A DNA stretch of 64,000 nt from Clostridia bacterium (GCA_017483195.1 JAFULR010000010.1:12673-76672), one strand, 5' to 3'; positions 20,680 through 31,379 are shown, counted from the stretch's first letter. The notes: generated by a model not told the origin, from the letters alone. Translations and numbers: made by a program.

Positions 20680-21600
20680 GACGGGTAAACGTCAGATAAT
20701 TGAGGGAGATATGACGGAGAGCAAATTCCTCTCCCCCCTCTCTTTATTTCTTTCTGATTCGTGTATTCAAATGGATCAGTTCTTCTATACAGTTAGGACG
20801 GTTTAAAATAAAGAGATTTGAGAGAGATCTTGCTGAGAGGATCTTTGCCCCTCTTCTTTATTCTCTTTAAAGATGTGATGAACCGTTCTATGTAAACAGG
20901 ATAGGAACACAAAGACCGAAGGAGAATTTGAGAGAGGAAACACTCTCGCGTTCTCCTTCACATTCTCATTTTTCTCTCCATAAAAGATGTAATCAACTGT
21001 TCTATGCAAACAGTATAGGCACACAAAAACTGAAGGAGAGTTCGAGAGAGATTCTTAATTCAATAGATTAGCCGTCCTATCTGCTTAGGACAATTTTAAA
21101 AAGAAGCGTTGACGGAGAAAGCATCTCTCATATTCTCCTTCATATTCTCTTTGATTTAATTCGATGAGACTCAACGGAATGTATGAAGGAGATATCACTA
21201 AGACTCAAATCCAAAGCTTAAGAATTGTCCGCGAAGGAGAAAAGCCATCCTTCACATCCTCTATCAATCTCAATGGATTACCTCTTTCAAGCTATAGCAT
21301 TTTTGAATACTTCTCCAAAAATGTTATAGCATACTTACATTCTTGAAAAAGACTGACAAAAAAACACTTCGAAATAAAGACATATTTTTGAGGTGTCTTT
21401 GCAAAAATGTTATAGCATACTAACATTCTTGGAAAAGGCGACATTAATATTCTCCATATTGTTTTACTCATTATGGAAAATTGTGAAAGGAGATATCAGA
21501 AGGAAAAATGAAGGAGCGAGAGGAGAAAAAGAGCCCCGCTTCTTGTGAAGCGGGGTATGTGTGATGTTTGTATAGGTGAATAATAACTACGCCTTGTTTT
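20680..21600. repeat. non-coding region rich in direct repeats (2-3 copies of an about 78-nt unit, 2 copies of a 35-nt unit)
   Basis: 78-nt units at 20862..20940 and 20975..21053 are about 80% identical; AAAAATGTTATAGCATACTnACATTCTTG at 21318 and 21401; no credible ORF. Confidence 0.7.
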
Positions 21601-21606
21601 TTCTAT

Positions 21607-24600
21607 TTATGCCGCCGCATTGGCGTTGATTTGGTCAATTATACTTTTAATACCGAGCCAGACTGACATATCGGTGAACACATCTACGATACTTCCTCTA
21701 TCGGTGAAAGGAGCTTCCTGCAAAACTGACATATCCCTCATCACACCGTTATGCACAATGTATTCGATGATTTGATTCACAAAATATATTTGATCCGAAT
21801 CAAGATTTGTGTTGCTCAGATAATCCGCGAACGCAGCTTTTGCAGCTGCCATATCAAGACCAACGATCTCTCTTACAAATTCACCAAGAGGTTTATCACC
21901 GCATTCTGCCTGATAGTCTTTTTGGCTTCCGACTTCACTCCAAAGAATATTCTCCAAAACCGCTATATCCTCTTCGTTCAACGGGATATTATTTCTAAGC
22001 TTGGTAATTACGTATTCATCCTGATGCTGACGAATATAAAACTCTGCCTTTGCTCTATAGTTTTGAAGATCTTCGCTTTCGAGATCTGATTCGTTCCAAT
22101 CAACCGACAAAATTTCGTCATTAAAATTAGTGATGTATTTAACCTTGTGTCTTGGAAGATATTTCATCAAGTCACGAAGATTTTCTCTTATATGCTCAAA
22201 TTCATTGATGCCCGCATTATCGAGATAATCTGTGTGCAAAATTTTGTTAATTAGTTCCGATTGTGCCATAATTTCGGGAATATTTGCTACGCTCGCAATA
22301 CCCGAAATCTTTTTATAAAGATCTGTGCGTGCGCGAGAATACTTCTTGCCTGCGAGATATGCAAGCTCAATTCCATACATAAGCGCGTCAAATCTAACTG
22401 CAGATGCCTCATCCTCATCGGGTATAATAAGTGGCGCAAGTTCTTCCGCGATCAACAAAGTATCTTCATATGTAAGAGAATTGCAATTATCGGGATTAGA
22501 ATATTCCTCAACGTAACGCAAGTGCTGACGAACAGCAAAGTTTTCTTTATTAAGCTCGCGAACTTTTCGAACCATATCGTCAACCAAAGACTTACGAAAT
22601 TCAATAAGATCGTTAGTTTGATAAACAATATCCTGCAATTTATATGCTATTTGTGCTTTCAATCTGAATATTGCTCCCTGCAATGCAATCTGGTTAGCAG
22701 TAGGACGTCCGTTGTTCATACGGAAAAATTCAAAGTTCCCGCAAAAATCGAAAATATAGAATTTATCTTTATCTTTGCCGTCCATAAGCCCATCACAACG
22801 ACGTGTGCCACGGCCGATCATCTGCCAGAATTTCGCCTTACTCATTACCTTCTTAAAGAAAACAAGATTAAGCACTTCGGGCACGTCAATACCCGTATCC
22901 AGCATATCAACCGAAATTGCAATTTGAGGTAGCTTTTTGGGATCAGAAAACTCGTCAATAGCACTTTGAGCATAGGTCATATAGTTATCAATGACCTTGG
23001 TATATCCGGGCAAATGTGGATACTCTTTACCGAAAATTTCGTGGATTTTTTCAGCATGCTCGTGATTTTTAGCAAATATGATCGTTTTGCCGAGCTTTTC
23101 ACCGTAGTCAATGCGAAGACCGTCTTGCATAAGAATGTGCAATACCTGACGAATAGTGTCCTCATTGAACACCCATTCGTTAATGGCAGAAGAAGCTATG
23201 CTCTCGGGCAAATCTCCATTTTCATCCTCAAACGTGTTTTCATATGTCTCTCTGTCTTCTTCGGAGAGATCATCGTAAACAATGCCTTGCTCTATAAATT
23301 TGAGCTTACTTTCAACTGATGTGAAATCGACAAGGAACCCATCAGTTACCGCCTGTGAAAGCTCATATGCATAGGTTGGCACGTTGGTCTCAAGCTCGAA
23401 AATATCATAAGTATTCTTATCAATTTCATCCTTGGGGGTAGCAGTCAAGCCGACCAAAGGAGCATCGAAATAATTGAAAATATCTCTGTATTTATTGTAA
23501 ATGGAACGGTGCGCCTCGTCCACGATAACAAGGTCAAAATGCCCTGTGGTAAGGAGCTTTTTATTATTCTCATCCTTGACGGTATCAATACAATTCATCA
23601 TTGTCTGATAGGTCGAAAATACGCAACGGGAATCAAAATTCTCTTTATCCTCACAAAGATTAGTTACAGACAGATCGGGCAGCATATTTACAAAAGCACG
23701 CTTTGCCTGTGTAACAAGAGAATTTCTGTCCGCAAGGAACAAAATATTCTTAACCCAGCCGTGGTCAAGCAACACCTTGCAAAGAGCGATAACAGTTCTC
23801 GTTTTACCGGAGCCGGTTGCCATAACGAGAAGCGCCTTTCTGCGATTCTTCTTGTCAAATGACTCGCAAACCGCCTTTATTGCTGCTTCTTGATAATAGC
23901 GTCCTGCAATAAGCTTGTCCACCATCACGTTCTTCAAGCTTGTCCTCATCGTTTGAAGATTGAAAAGCTTTTCAAGGTCGCGTTTTGAGTAAACGGATGC
24001 CACCTTGCGCTCGGGATAATACTTATCGTTCCAGATGCGCGTGTCAAAGCCGTTGGAGAGGAAGATTATCGGTCTGCGACCGTATTTTTGCTCCAAAAGA
24101 TCGGCATAGAGCTTCGCCTGCTGTCTGCCCTTGGAAACGTCAACGCAGGTGCGCTTTGCCTCAAGAACTGCAAGCGGTTTGCCATCATCTCCGTAAAGAA
24201 CGTAGTCCGCATATCCAACCTCGCTCTTGTTGGGCATTCCGTAAAGCTCGACCTCGTTTATCCAGTCCTTGCCCTCGGTCCAACCAGCATCCTGAAGCAT
24301 AAAATCAATATAGATCTTTCTCGTTTTGTATTCGGAAAGATCAAGCGGCTTAGGAACGTAGGTCTGCTGCTGCTCGGTACGGCGCGCGGTAAGCTCGTCC
24401 TTGAGCGCCTTGTTTTCTTCTATTAACTTGTTTATGTCGATATCTGCATCGGGCACGAACGAAAGCGCCTCTTGTGTAGTGAGCTCAAGCAAAGATCTGT
24501 CAAACTGCTGCTCCTCATAATCCGCGGAATAATAGCATGCAAGACAGTCAAGGAACACAAAGAGATTTTCAATACAAAGCTCTGCCTGCTCTTGAGTCAC

Positions 24601-24903
24601 CTTTCTTCCACCGTGAGCCGCATTGTTGCCGACCTTGCGAATGAAATCAAGACGTCGCCAAATGTCGTTACCGATCAAACGCCTAAAGCTGTCCTCACTC
24701 ATCAAGCTGACAAGGTTGTCCTGATAAGGCATAGCAAGATCGCGGTCAACGGAATACATCCACTTGATCGCAAACTCCATCGCCCTGCGGCAATTGATAA
24801 CGCAAGAATCGACGTCTATATGTAATATTTTCTCCGCCGATATCGCCACGTCCGAAAACGCATCAAAATCGCGGTTCTTTTTTAAGAAATCGAAGTTGGT
24901 CAT
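21607..24903 (-). CDS. hsdR: Type I restriction enzyme R subunit
   Basis: About 1100 aa; DUF4145-like N-terminus, SF2 helicase motifs (ATGSGKT, DEAH) and an HsdR C-terminal domain; start MTNFDFL with GAGGT RBS. Confidence 0.9.
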   Translation of the reverse strand: MTNFDFLKKNRDFDAFSDVAISAEKILHIDVDSCVINCRRAMEFAIKWMYSVDRDLAMPYQDNLVSLMSEDSFRRLIGNDIWRRLDFIRKVGNNAAHGGRKVTQEQAELCIENLFVFLDCLACYYSADYEEQQFDRSLLELTTQEALSFVPDADIDINKLIEENKALKDELTARRTEQQQTYVPKPLDLSEYKTRKIYIDFMLQDAGWTEGKDWINEVELYGMPNKSEVGYADYVLYGDDGKPLAVLEAKRTCVDVSKGRQQAKLYADLLEQKYGRRPIIFLSNGFDTRIWNDKYYPERKVASVYSKRDLEKLFNLQTMRTSLKNVMVDKLIAGRYYQEAAIKAVCESFDKKNRRKALLVMATGSGKTRTVIALCKVLLDHGWVKNILFLADRNSLVTQAKRAFVNMLPDLSVTNLCEDKENFDSRCVFSTYQTMMNCIDTVKDENNKKLLTTGHFDLVIVDEAHRSIYNKYRDIFNYFDAPLVGLTATPKDEIDKNTYDIFELETNVPTYAYELSQAVTDGFLVDFTSVESKLKFIEQGIVYDDLSEEDRETYENTFEDENGDLPESIASSAINEWVFNEDTIRQVLHILMQDGLRIDYGEKLGKTIIFAKNHEHAEKIHEIFGKEYPHLPGYTKVIDNYMTYAQSAIDEFSDPKKLPQIAISVDMLDTGIDVPEVLNLVFFKKVMSKAKFWQMIGRGTRRCDGLMDGKDKDKFYIFDFCGNFEFFRMNNGRPTANQIALQGAIFRLKAQIAYKLQDIVYQTNDLIEFRKSLVDDMVRKVRELNKENFAVRQHLRYVEEYSNPDNCNSLTYEDTLLIAEELAPLIIPDEDEASAVRFDALMYGIELAYLAGKKYSRARTDLYKKISGIASVANIPEIMAQSELINKILHTDYLDNAGINEFEHIRENLRDLMKYLPRHKVKYITNFNDEILSVDWNESDLESEDLQNYRAKAEFYIRQHQDEYVITKLRNNIPLNEEDIAVLENILWSEVGSQKDYQAECGDKPLGEFVREIVGLDMAAAKAAFADYLSNTNLDSDQIYFVNQIIEYIVHNGVMRDMSVLQEAPFTDRGSIVDVFTDMSVWLGIKSIIDQINANAAA

Positions 24904-24917
24904 ATAATACCTCACTA

Positions 24918-25556
24918 CTATATTTTCATATTACTCTTTTTCGTTTTCAAATTATCTAACTCTTCTTGTATTTGTTCATAATTCTTAATAATTTCTTCTT
25001 TATAATATTCGTGAGAGTCTGCTAACAATATAGCTTTATTCTTTACAACACGCAACATTGGATTATCTATAATTTGCGATAATCCCTCTCTGTTGCTTCT
25101 TCCAGATGCTTTCACCATATCTGTCATTATACTCAAAACCGCTATCTGCAATTCTCCAGATGTCTTGCTTTTTGTTTTTGAAAACCATTCGAGATTTGAA
25201 AGTTCCGACGAGATTTTTTTGATTCCGTTATATGTTTCATCATAATAATACTCCCATAACTTATCCGGAGTTTCTTCATCGGGGTTCAAAGATAATACAA
25301 TCAACAAATAATCAAAAAAGAAAAAATGCACATTAGATAAAATAGATTTGAGAGTTTTTTCTTGTTCGTATTTAAATTGTAAATATGTTGTAATAATAAC
25401 TACAACGATGCTACACGCAATACCTATCATATACTCCGACAAAAAAGAAACGATATTAAGCTTGGATAAACAGCTAAACTCAAAAACAAAAGATAAGAAA
25501 ACGCAAGCAAAAAATACAACAACACTATATTTCAATGTATTTTTATACAGTTTCAT
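24918..25556 (-). CDS. hypothetical membrane protein embedded between hsdS and hsdR
   Basis: 212 aa, 2 N-terminal TM helices plus a cytoplasmic domain; AT-rich; no known family recognised. Confidence 0.5.
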   Translation of the reverse strand: MKLYKNTLKYSVVVFFACVFLSFVFEFSCLSKLNIVSFLSEYMIGIACSIVVVIITTYLQFKYEQEKTLKSILSNVHFFFFDYLLIVLSLNPDEETPDKLWEYYYDETYNGIKKISSELSNLEWFSKTKSKTSGELQIAVLSIMTDMVKASGRSNREGLSQIIDNPMLRVVKNKAILLADSHEYYKEEIIKNYEQIQEELDNLKTKKSNMKI

Positions 25557-25567
25557 ATTTACTCACC

Positions 25568-26590
25568 TCACCCAAAATATTTTTGCATCAATGCTTTTTT
25601 TAGTGTTTCGAGCTGATTTAAGCTCTTTTGAATTTCAATTTTCGATTTGTCGATCTGTTCGACGAATGCAGTATATTCATTTTGCAGTTCTATTGGTGGC
25701 ATAATGTAATTTAATGTTTCCAAAGGCTTCTGTGTAATTTTAGGCTGTCCAGAAAAATCTGCATACTGGTAAAAGTCCATCATTCGCATCAGTTCCGTCA
25801 AGAACTCCAATGTATATGCATTTGTCTTCTGCTCTTTAATGTATATGGCATTATCAGTAATCCACACAGGGGTTGTAACTGCATGGATATTGCCACATTG
25901 TGCGCCTACCCGTCCAATAATTATAGTTGAATAGTCAACAAGAGATTCGCTTGTGTACCATGCAATTCCATTTCCACCATACACAGGAATACCTTCGTTA
26001 AGTCTTTTTTCTTCGGGCAGGAACTTGCCAGAGGAAAACTTGAATAGTTCACTGCCTGTTTTGCAATCAAAGCCTTTTTCGTTAATTCTGTAATCCCCAA
26101 ACATCTCGATAAATCGGGATTTGACGAGCTCGTCCAATTTTGCAAGTTGCTGTTTGCGTAGAGAAATTACACTATCAACTCGTTCAAGTTGCGCAACTAT
26201 CTCGACTTGTTCTTCAGTCAAATAGTCGGGTATCTCTATCTCTTTTAGCCACTTGAAATGTCTATTGTATCCCGTATTGGGAATATCGGCATTACAAAGC
26301 GCATAATACAAATACTTATAGTTTGCACTTTTGTCTTTTGCTTTCAAGAGTTTCACACCGTCTGCTCCAAGAAAACAAGGATTATCAATATATTTAATTA
26401 CCCTTGTATGATCACCAAAAACTATTGCTGGAACATCGATAAATAGACCCTTTTCTTCATTGGTATATCCGGCTATTTCTGACTGCCCTTGATCTATAAT
26501 AGGGTATAAGCCACTATCTAAATACAGATTGGTGGGGATTTTTGTTCCGAGTTTTGTAACATCCTCAAAAACATCTATAAATTTTGCCAT
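25568..26590 (-). CDS. hsdS: Type I R-M specificity subunit
   Basis: Two TRD-like halves separated by a conserved central repeat; C-terminal LKKALMQKYFG typical of HsdS. Confidence 0.8.
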   Translation of the reverse strand: MAKFIDVFEDVTKLGTKIPTNLYLDSGLYPIIDQGQSEIAGYTNEEKGLFIDVPAIVFGDHTRVIKYIDNPCFLGADGVKLLKAKDKSANYKYLYYALCNADIPNTGYNRHFKWLKEIEIPDYLTEEQVEIVAQLERVDSVISLRKQQLAKLDELVKSRFIEMFGDYRINEKGFDCKTGSELFKFSSGKFLPEEKRLNEGIPVYGGNGIAWYTSESLVDYSTIIIGRVGAQCGNIHAVTTPVWITDNAIYIKEQKTNAYTLEFLTELMRMMDFYQYADFSGQPKITQKPLETLNYIMPPIELQNEYTAFVEQIDKSKIEIQKSLNQLETLKKALMQKYFG

Positions 26591-26600
26591 CTCTATCTCC

Positions 26601-27035
26601 TTAAAACAATGATACTAAAGAAATAATTAACGCTACAAAACTAATTATTCCAGAGAACAACGCAAGAATATAATGCCTATCTTTTTCGCGCTTGACATCA
26701 TTAGACATTACTTTAATTATTACCGATATAACAAAACAAAGCACACACAAAACGAATATCAATAATAGACTTACTATGTTTCCAATTAATCTTTCTATGG
26801 ACCAATCAATTATTGCAATTGCAACATATATACTTGATGCAAATAGCAAAACAGATCCTATAGCCATCGCCCAAGCAAGTATTGCAAACAACAATGATGT
26901 GAACTCTTGCATAATGACACTATTTCCGTTTTCATCGGGCATTATAACCTCATCATTCCACAACTTCCAAAGCAATTTTATCCCTTTGGGCTCATTGCTT
27001 ACTTTTTTATTCTTATATTTTCTTTTTTTAGCCAT
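26601..27035 (-). CDS. hypothetical membrane protein (3 TM)
   Basis: 144-aa hydrophobic ORF between hsdM and hsdS. Confidence 0.45.
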   Translation of the reverse strand: MAKKRKYKNKKVSNEPKGIKLLWKLWNDEVIMPDENGNSVIMQEFTSLLFAILAWAMAIGSVLLFASSIYVAIAIIDWSIERLIGNIVSLLLIFVLCVLCFVISVIIKVMSNDVKREKDRHYILALFSGIISFVALIISLVSLF

Positions 27036-27366
27036 TAAAAATCTTCTCCTTTAGCCAATGAATTCCATAAATCAACAATCCAATTGCCGCAAGAATTATA
27101 AGAACCCACCACCAAGCAAATGAGAACAAACTCATAAGCCAAAGAATTCCTATAACGGTACAATATACAAGCAAATATAGCAATGCTCCCAAAGGTGGAA
27201 ACGACCCTTTTGAATATATAGTTCCAACTAACTTATACACAAGCAAATGAATAGGCGCTTCCACCACAAGATTAATCAAAATGGCATAATCACCAAAACA
27301 CTCAAAAGGATCTGGCAAGCAAAAAGTTCTTATCAACAAACTAATTACAACCATTATTTTATACAT
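27028..27366 (-). CDS. hypothetical membrane protein
   Basis: 112 aa, 3 TM helices; overlaps its neighbours by a few nt (operonic). Confidence 0.45.
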   Translation of the reverse strand: MYKIMVVISLLIRTFCLPDPFECFGDYAILINLVVEAPIHLLVYKLVGTIYSKGSFPPLGALLYLLVYCTVIGILWLMSLFSFAWWWVLIILAAIGLLIYGIHWLKEKIFNG

Positions 27367-28862
27367 TACAGCATCCCCTCCAGCTCTTTAAGTCCCTGCT
27401 GGATCTGCGCTTCAAGCTCGTTGATCTCGGCAAGGATCTGCGACGTGGGAGCATACTCCACAGGCTTATATTCGGTCTTTTTATACTTATTTATTGAGAG
27501 GTCATAATCGTTTGAAACTATCTCGGATTTGGGAACGAAAAAGCTCTTTTCGGTGCGCGCGCGATCAATTTCGCCATCACGGTTACGGAAGCGCGCGATA
27601 ATATCGGGAATATCGTTTGCCGCCACGGGTGTGCGCTTATCGTCAAGACTGAATCCGTCCGCGGTCATATCATAGAACCACACTTTATCCGTACCACCGT
27701 GACCTGTCTTGGTGAAGATCAGAATTCCCGTTGACACGCCTGCATAGGGTTTGAACACGCCCGAGGGCATCGAGATAACTGCTTCAAGACGGTTTTCATC
27801 AACAATTGCCTTACGGATCGCCTTGTGCGCTGTGGACGAGCCGAAAAGAACGCCGTCGGGAACGATAACCGCACATCTGCCGCCCACGCGAAGCATACGG
27901 AGCATCAATGCAAGGAACAAAAGCTCCGTCTTTTTTGTTTTGCAAACTTTGAGAAGATCGGGGGCAACCGTATCATAGTCAAGACTGCCCTTGAACGGTG
28001 GGTTAGCAAGGATAAGCGAATACCTTTCCTTATCCGTATTCTGATCGGACAAGCTATCACGGTATTCGATATAGGGGTTGTCCACTCCGTGAGTCATCAT
28101 ATTCATCGCACCGATACGAAGCATAGTTCTATCCATATCGTAGCCGTGGAACATACCGTTCATATAGTGCGCCTTCTTTTGTCTATTGAAGAATATCTCC
28201 TCTTTGCGCTTTTCTTTCAAATAATCTCCCGCCGAAACAAGGAATCCCGACGTACCGCAGGCGGGGTCACAGATGATCTCGTCTGCCCCGGGGTCCATAA
28301 GCTCAACCATCATACGAATAATGTGACGGGGTGTGCGGAACTGACCGTTAAGTCCCGACTGCGCAATTTTAGAAAGCAAATATTCGTAAACGTCGCCACG
28401 GATATCGGTATCCTTTATCTGCGACATTTTCTCATAAATATCGTCAAGTATAGTTACTATTTTATCAAGGAGCAAGGGTGTGGGGATCTTGAAGATCGCA
28501 TCATCCATATATTTGGAATATGCGCTATCCTTATCATCGTGAAGATTCTTAATAAAGGGGAAAACCCACTCCTGCACGGTAGCATACATCTTTCCCGCAG
28601 GAAAATCGTGGAACACCGACCACTTTAGCTGCTGACCGTCAATCTCACGCTCGCCAACCTTAACTTTATCTGCAAAAATACTCTTATGAGAAAGTCCGAG
28701 CATTACCGCTTCCTTAGCGCGAAGGTTATCCGTTTCGTCAAGATCGTGAATAAACATCAAATATGTAACCTGCTCGATTACGTCCAGCGGATTTACAAGT
28801 CCGCCCGTTGCAAATACGTCCCAAAGTCCGTCAATTCTATTTTTAAGTTCGCCTGTAATCAT
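27366..28862 (-). CDS. hsdM: Type I R-M N6-adenine DNA methyltransferase subunit
   Basis: HsdM N-terminal domain plus N6_Mtase motifs (NPPF, FLV(S)AG..); start MITGELK with AAGGAG RBS. Confidence 0.9.
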   Translation of the reverse strand: MITGELKNRIDGLWDVFATGGLVNPLDVIEQVTYLMFIHDLDETDNLRAKEAVMLGLSHKSIFADKVKVGEREIDGQQLKWSVFHDFPAGKMYATVQEWVFPFIKNLHDDKDSAYSKYMDDAIFKIPTPLLLDKIVTILDDIYEKMSQIKDTDIRGDVYEYLLSKIAQSGLNGQFRTPRHIIRMMVELMDPGADEIICDPACGTSGFLVSAGDYLKEKRKEEIFFNRQKKAHYMNGMFHGYDMDRTMLRIGAMNMMTHGVDNPYIEYRDSLSDQNTDKERYSLILANPPFKGSLDYDTVAPDLLKVCKTKKTELLFLALMLRMLRVGGRCAVIVPDGVLFGSSTAHKAIRKAIVDENRLEAVISMPSGVFKPYAGVSTGILIFTKTGHGGTDKVWFYDMTADGFSLDDKRTPVAANDIPDIIARFRNRDGEIDRARTEKSFFVPKSEIVSNDYDLSINKYKKTEYKPVEYAPTSQILAEINELEAQIQQGLKELEGML

Positions 28863-28864
28863 TT

Positions 28865-29926
28865 TTATTCTCCTTTTTCGTGATTCCACATATACGTTGT
28901 ATATCTTCCACCGCCGATTTTGAGGATCTCTCTACTCTTCAATAAGTCATTAAGCGCTCTTTGCACCGTTACCTGACTTATATCGGGGCATTTTTTCATA
29001 ATTTCTGTTTTTGTAATTGTTCCAAGTTTTTCTTTAATGATTTCGCGTATTCTTTCGGGCTTTGATAAATCATTTGACGAAAGAAGCTTCACTCTCAATG
29101 AAAACTCACGGTATGCTGCAACGATTACTGCAAGGTTGTACTGAACAAAAGGAATGTAATCGTTATCTCCCTCGTGCCAATTTGCAGAGCTGTTTTGAAG
29201 TGCCTCATAGTACGTTTCCTTTGTGTTCTCAATCATTTTTTCAATACTGATATATTTACCCACGATATATCCTGCACGGTACAATAGCAATAACGTAAGC
29301 AAGCGGCTCATTCTTCCATTGCCGTCATTAAAGGGATGGATGCACAAAAAATCCAAAACAAACATAGGAATAAGAAGAAGCGGATCTGCCTCGTTTTTAG
29401 CCATCATTTCGTCGAAAGCTGCACATATTTCATCTATTGCACCGGGTGTTTCAAAAGCTGAAAGCGGTTGAAAGCGAACACGTCTGTTTCCGGCTTCATC
29501 CTCTTCCTCAATTACGTTATCGGATCCCTTATATTTTCCACCTATGGATTTACCGCTAAATTTATACAAATCTCTGTGCAACTGTAAAATAATGGAGGGC
29601 TTCACGGGGATATAATCGTGATTATCGTGTATTGTAGCTAACACATCACGATAGCCCGCAATCTCCTGCTCGTTGCGAGTGCGGGGCGTTGTCTTGTTCG
29701 TAACAAGACTTTTTAATCTATCGTCCGAGGTGTAAATACCCTCAATTTTGTTTGATGCCTCAGTGCTCTGTATTTTTGCAACCTCAACAAGCTGAGTAAG
29801 GGTATCCGCTTTTGCTTTTATAAACAAAGTTTGCTCGCCCTTGTATTCGTGAATTTTGGTGAGCAAAGATACAATTTCGGGTATCAAAAGCTTTTGCCAT
29901 TTATTCTCATAACTATAATTTCTCAT
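28865..29926 (-). CDS. Fic/DOC family protein with C-terminal wHTH
   Basis: Canonical Fic motif HPFNDGNGRMSR; 353 aa; first gene of the R-M operon. Confidence 0.85.
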   Translation of the reverse strand: MRNYSYENKWQKLLIPEIVSLLTKIHEYKGEQTLFIKAKADTLTQLVEVAKIQSTEASNKIEGIYTSDDRLKSLVTNKTTPRTRNEQEIAGYRDVLATIHDNHDYIPVKPSIILQLHRDLYKFSGKSIGGKYKGSDNVIEEEDEAGNRRVRFQPLSAFETPGAIDEICAAFDEMMAKNEADPLLLIPMFVLDFLCIHPFNDGNGRMSRLLTLLLLYRAGYIVGKYISIEKMIENTKETYYEALQNSSANWHEGDNDYIPFVQYNLAVIVAAYREFSLRVKLLSSNDLSKPERIREIIKEKLGTITKTEIMKKCPDISQVTVQRALNDLLKSREILKIGGGRYTTYMWNHEKGE

Positions 29927-30170
29927 AATAACCTCTTAAAATATATTTTTCTACATATATTATACCCTTATTATGATCATTTGTCAACATCAATTTAATC
30001 ATTTTTTGAATAATGATCAAATTGAAAAATTATGATAATATTATACTCCCTAATATATAATACCTGTTTTTTCGCCAAAATTCTTCAAAAAAACAATAAA
30101 AAATCTATTTTTTCAAAAAAGAAAGCACCGAACGAGATTTTGCTCTCGCGCGGTGCTTATGTTTGTGTAT

Positions 30171-31379
30171 TTATTCAGCTGCCTTGAAATTGTATATGGG
30201 CTTGATTCTGCGAACAATATCGGCTGTGGGGCCTATATTTTCGATGATCTCATCCATACTCTTATATGCCATGGGGGACTCGTCGAGTGTGTCGGGAAGG
30301 ACACAGGTTGAGTAAATGCCATCCATCTCCTTTTCGTACTCCTCCATAGTAAGGCGCTCAAATGCGGCGGTACGTGACATAAGACGTCCCGCACCGTGAG
30401 GTGCTGAAAAGTTCCAGTCCTCGTTGCCCTTACCAATGCAAATAAGAGATCCGTCCCTCATATTGATGGGAACGAGGAGCTTCTCGCCAAGCTTTGCGGA
30501 AACAGAGCCCTTGCGGAGAATCATCTCACCAACGTCAATATAGTTATGAATGGTCTGGAAAGTATCAACAGCGGTCCAACCACATCTATCAAGAATAATC
30601 TCCGCCATTTTTGCACGGTTTCTCTCGGCAAATTTTTGGCAGATATCTACGTCGTGAAGGTAGTCATCCATAAACGAGCTATAGAGATAGCAAAGATCGT
30701 GAGGCAAGGTGGGATTTTTCGCTTTAAAATCTTTATCAAGCATCTTTAATGCTGCTTGAATTTCAGCTCTTCTGCCCTCTTCCTTGTATGTACGTATGAT
30801 CTCTTCGCGTTGCTTAAAATATTCCTCTTTACCTATGTTAAGGTCAACTGCAAGTTGCTGATAAAAATCTGCCACCTGAGTGCCAAGGTTACGGCTACCC
30901 GAATGAATAACGAGATATTTACCGCCATCCTCATCGACGTCCACCTCTATAAAGTGATTTCCGCCACCGAGCGTGCCAAGCGATCTTTCAAGTCTTTTGG
31001 TATCCCTGAGATTTCTGTAGCAGCGAAGAGAGGTGAGGTCAAATCTCTCGTTTCTTCCTTCCCAAACGTTTCTGCCACAGGGGATATAGTGAGCCGCCTT
31101 GTCAAGCTTCTCAAAGTCAATATCTATCTTTCCAAGGTAAACGGTGTACATACCGCAGCCGATGTCAACGCCCACCATAGCGGGCACTATTTTATCGGTA
31201 ATTGTCATAGTTGTACCTATGGTACAGCCCTTGCCCGCGTGAACGTCGGGCATTATTCTTATTTTGGATGAGGCAAATGCCTCGGTATCGCAAACCGCCT
31301 GTATCTGCTCACGCACACCATCCTCAAGAGTTGTCGCAAAGCATTTTGCGGTGTTGAATTTGCCTATAATCTCTATCAT
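30171..31379 (-). CDS. rtcB: RNA-splicing ligase RtcB
   Basis: RtcB signature residues/motifs (DVHAGKGC, GGNHFIE, PHGAGR); 402 aa. Confidence 0.85.
   Translation of the reverse strand: MIEIIGKFNTAKCFATTLEDGVREQIQAVCDTEAFASSKIRIMPDVHAGKGCTIGTTMTITDKIVPAMVGVDIGCGMYTVYLGKIDIDFEKLDKAAHYIPCGRNVWEGRNERFDLTSLRCYRNLRDTKRLERSLGTLGGGNHFIEVDVDEDGGKYLVIHSGSRNLGTQVADFYQQLAVDLNIGKEEYFKQREEIIRTYKEEGRRAEIQAALKMLDKDFKAKNPTLPHDLCYLYSSFMDDYLHDVDICQKFAERNRAKMAEIILDRCGWTAVDTFQTIHNYIDVGEMILRKGSVSAKLGEKLLVPINMRDGSLICIGKGNEDWNFSAPHGAGRLMSRTAAFERLTMEEYEKEMDGIYSTCVLPDTLDESPMAYKSMDEIIENIGPTADIVRRIKPIYNFKAAE

Noticed and set aside
20680-21600. CRISPR array
   Set aside because: Repeats are 35 and about 78 nt, only 2-3 copies, with irregular spacing, and there are no cas genes. 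Kept as a generic repeat region instead.
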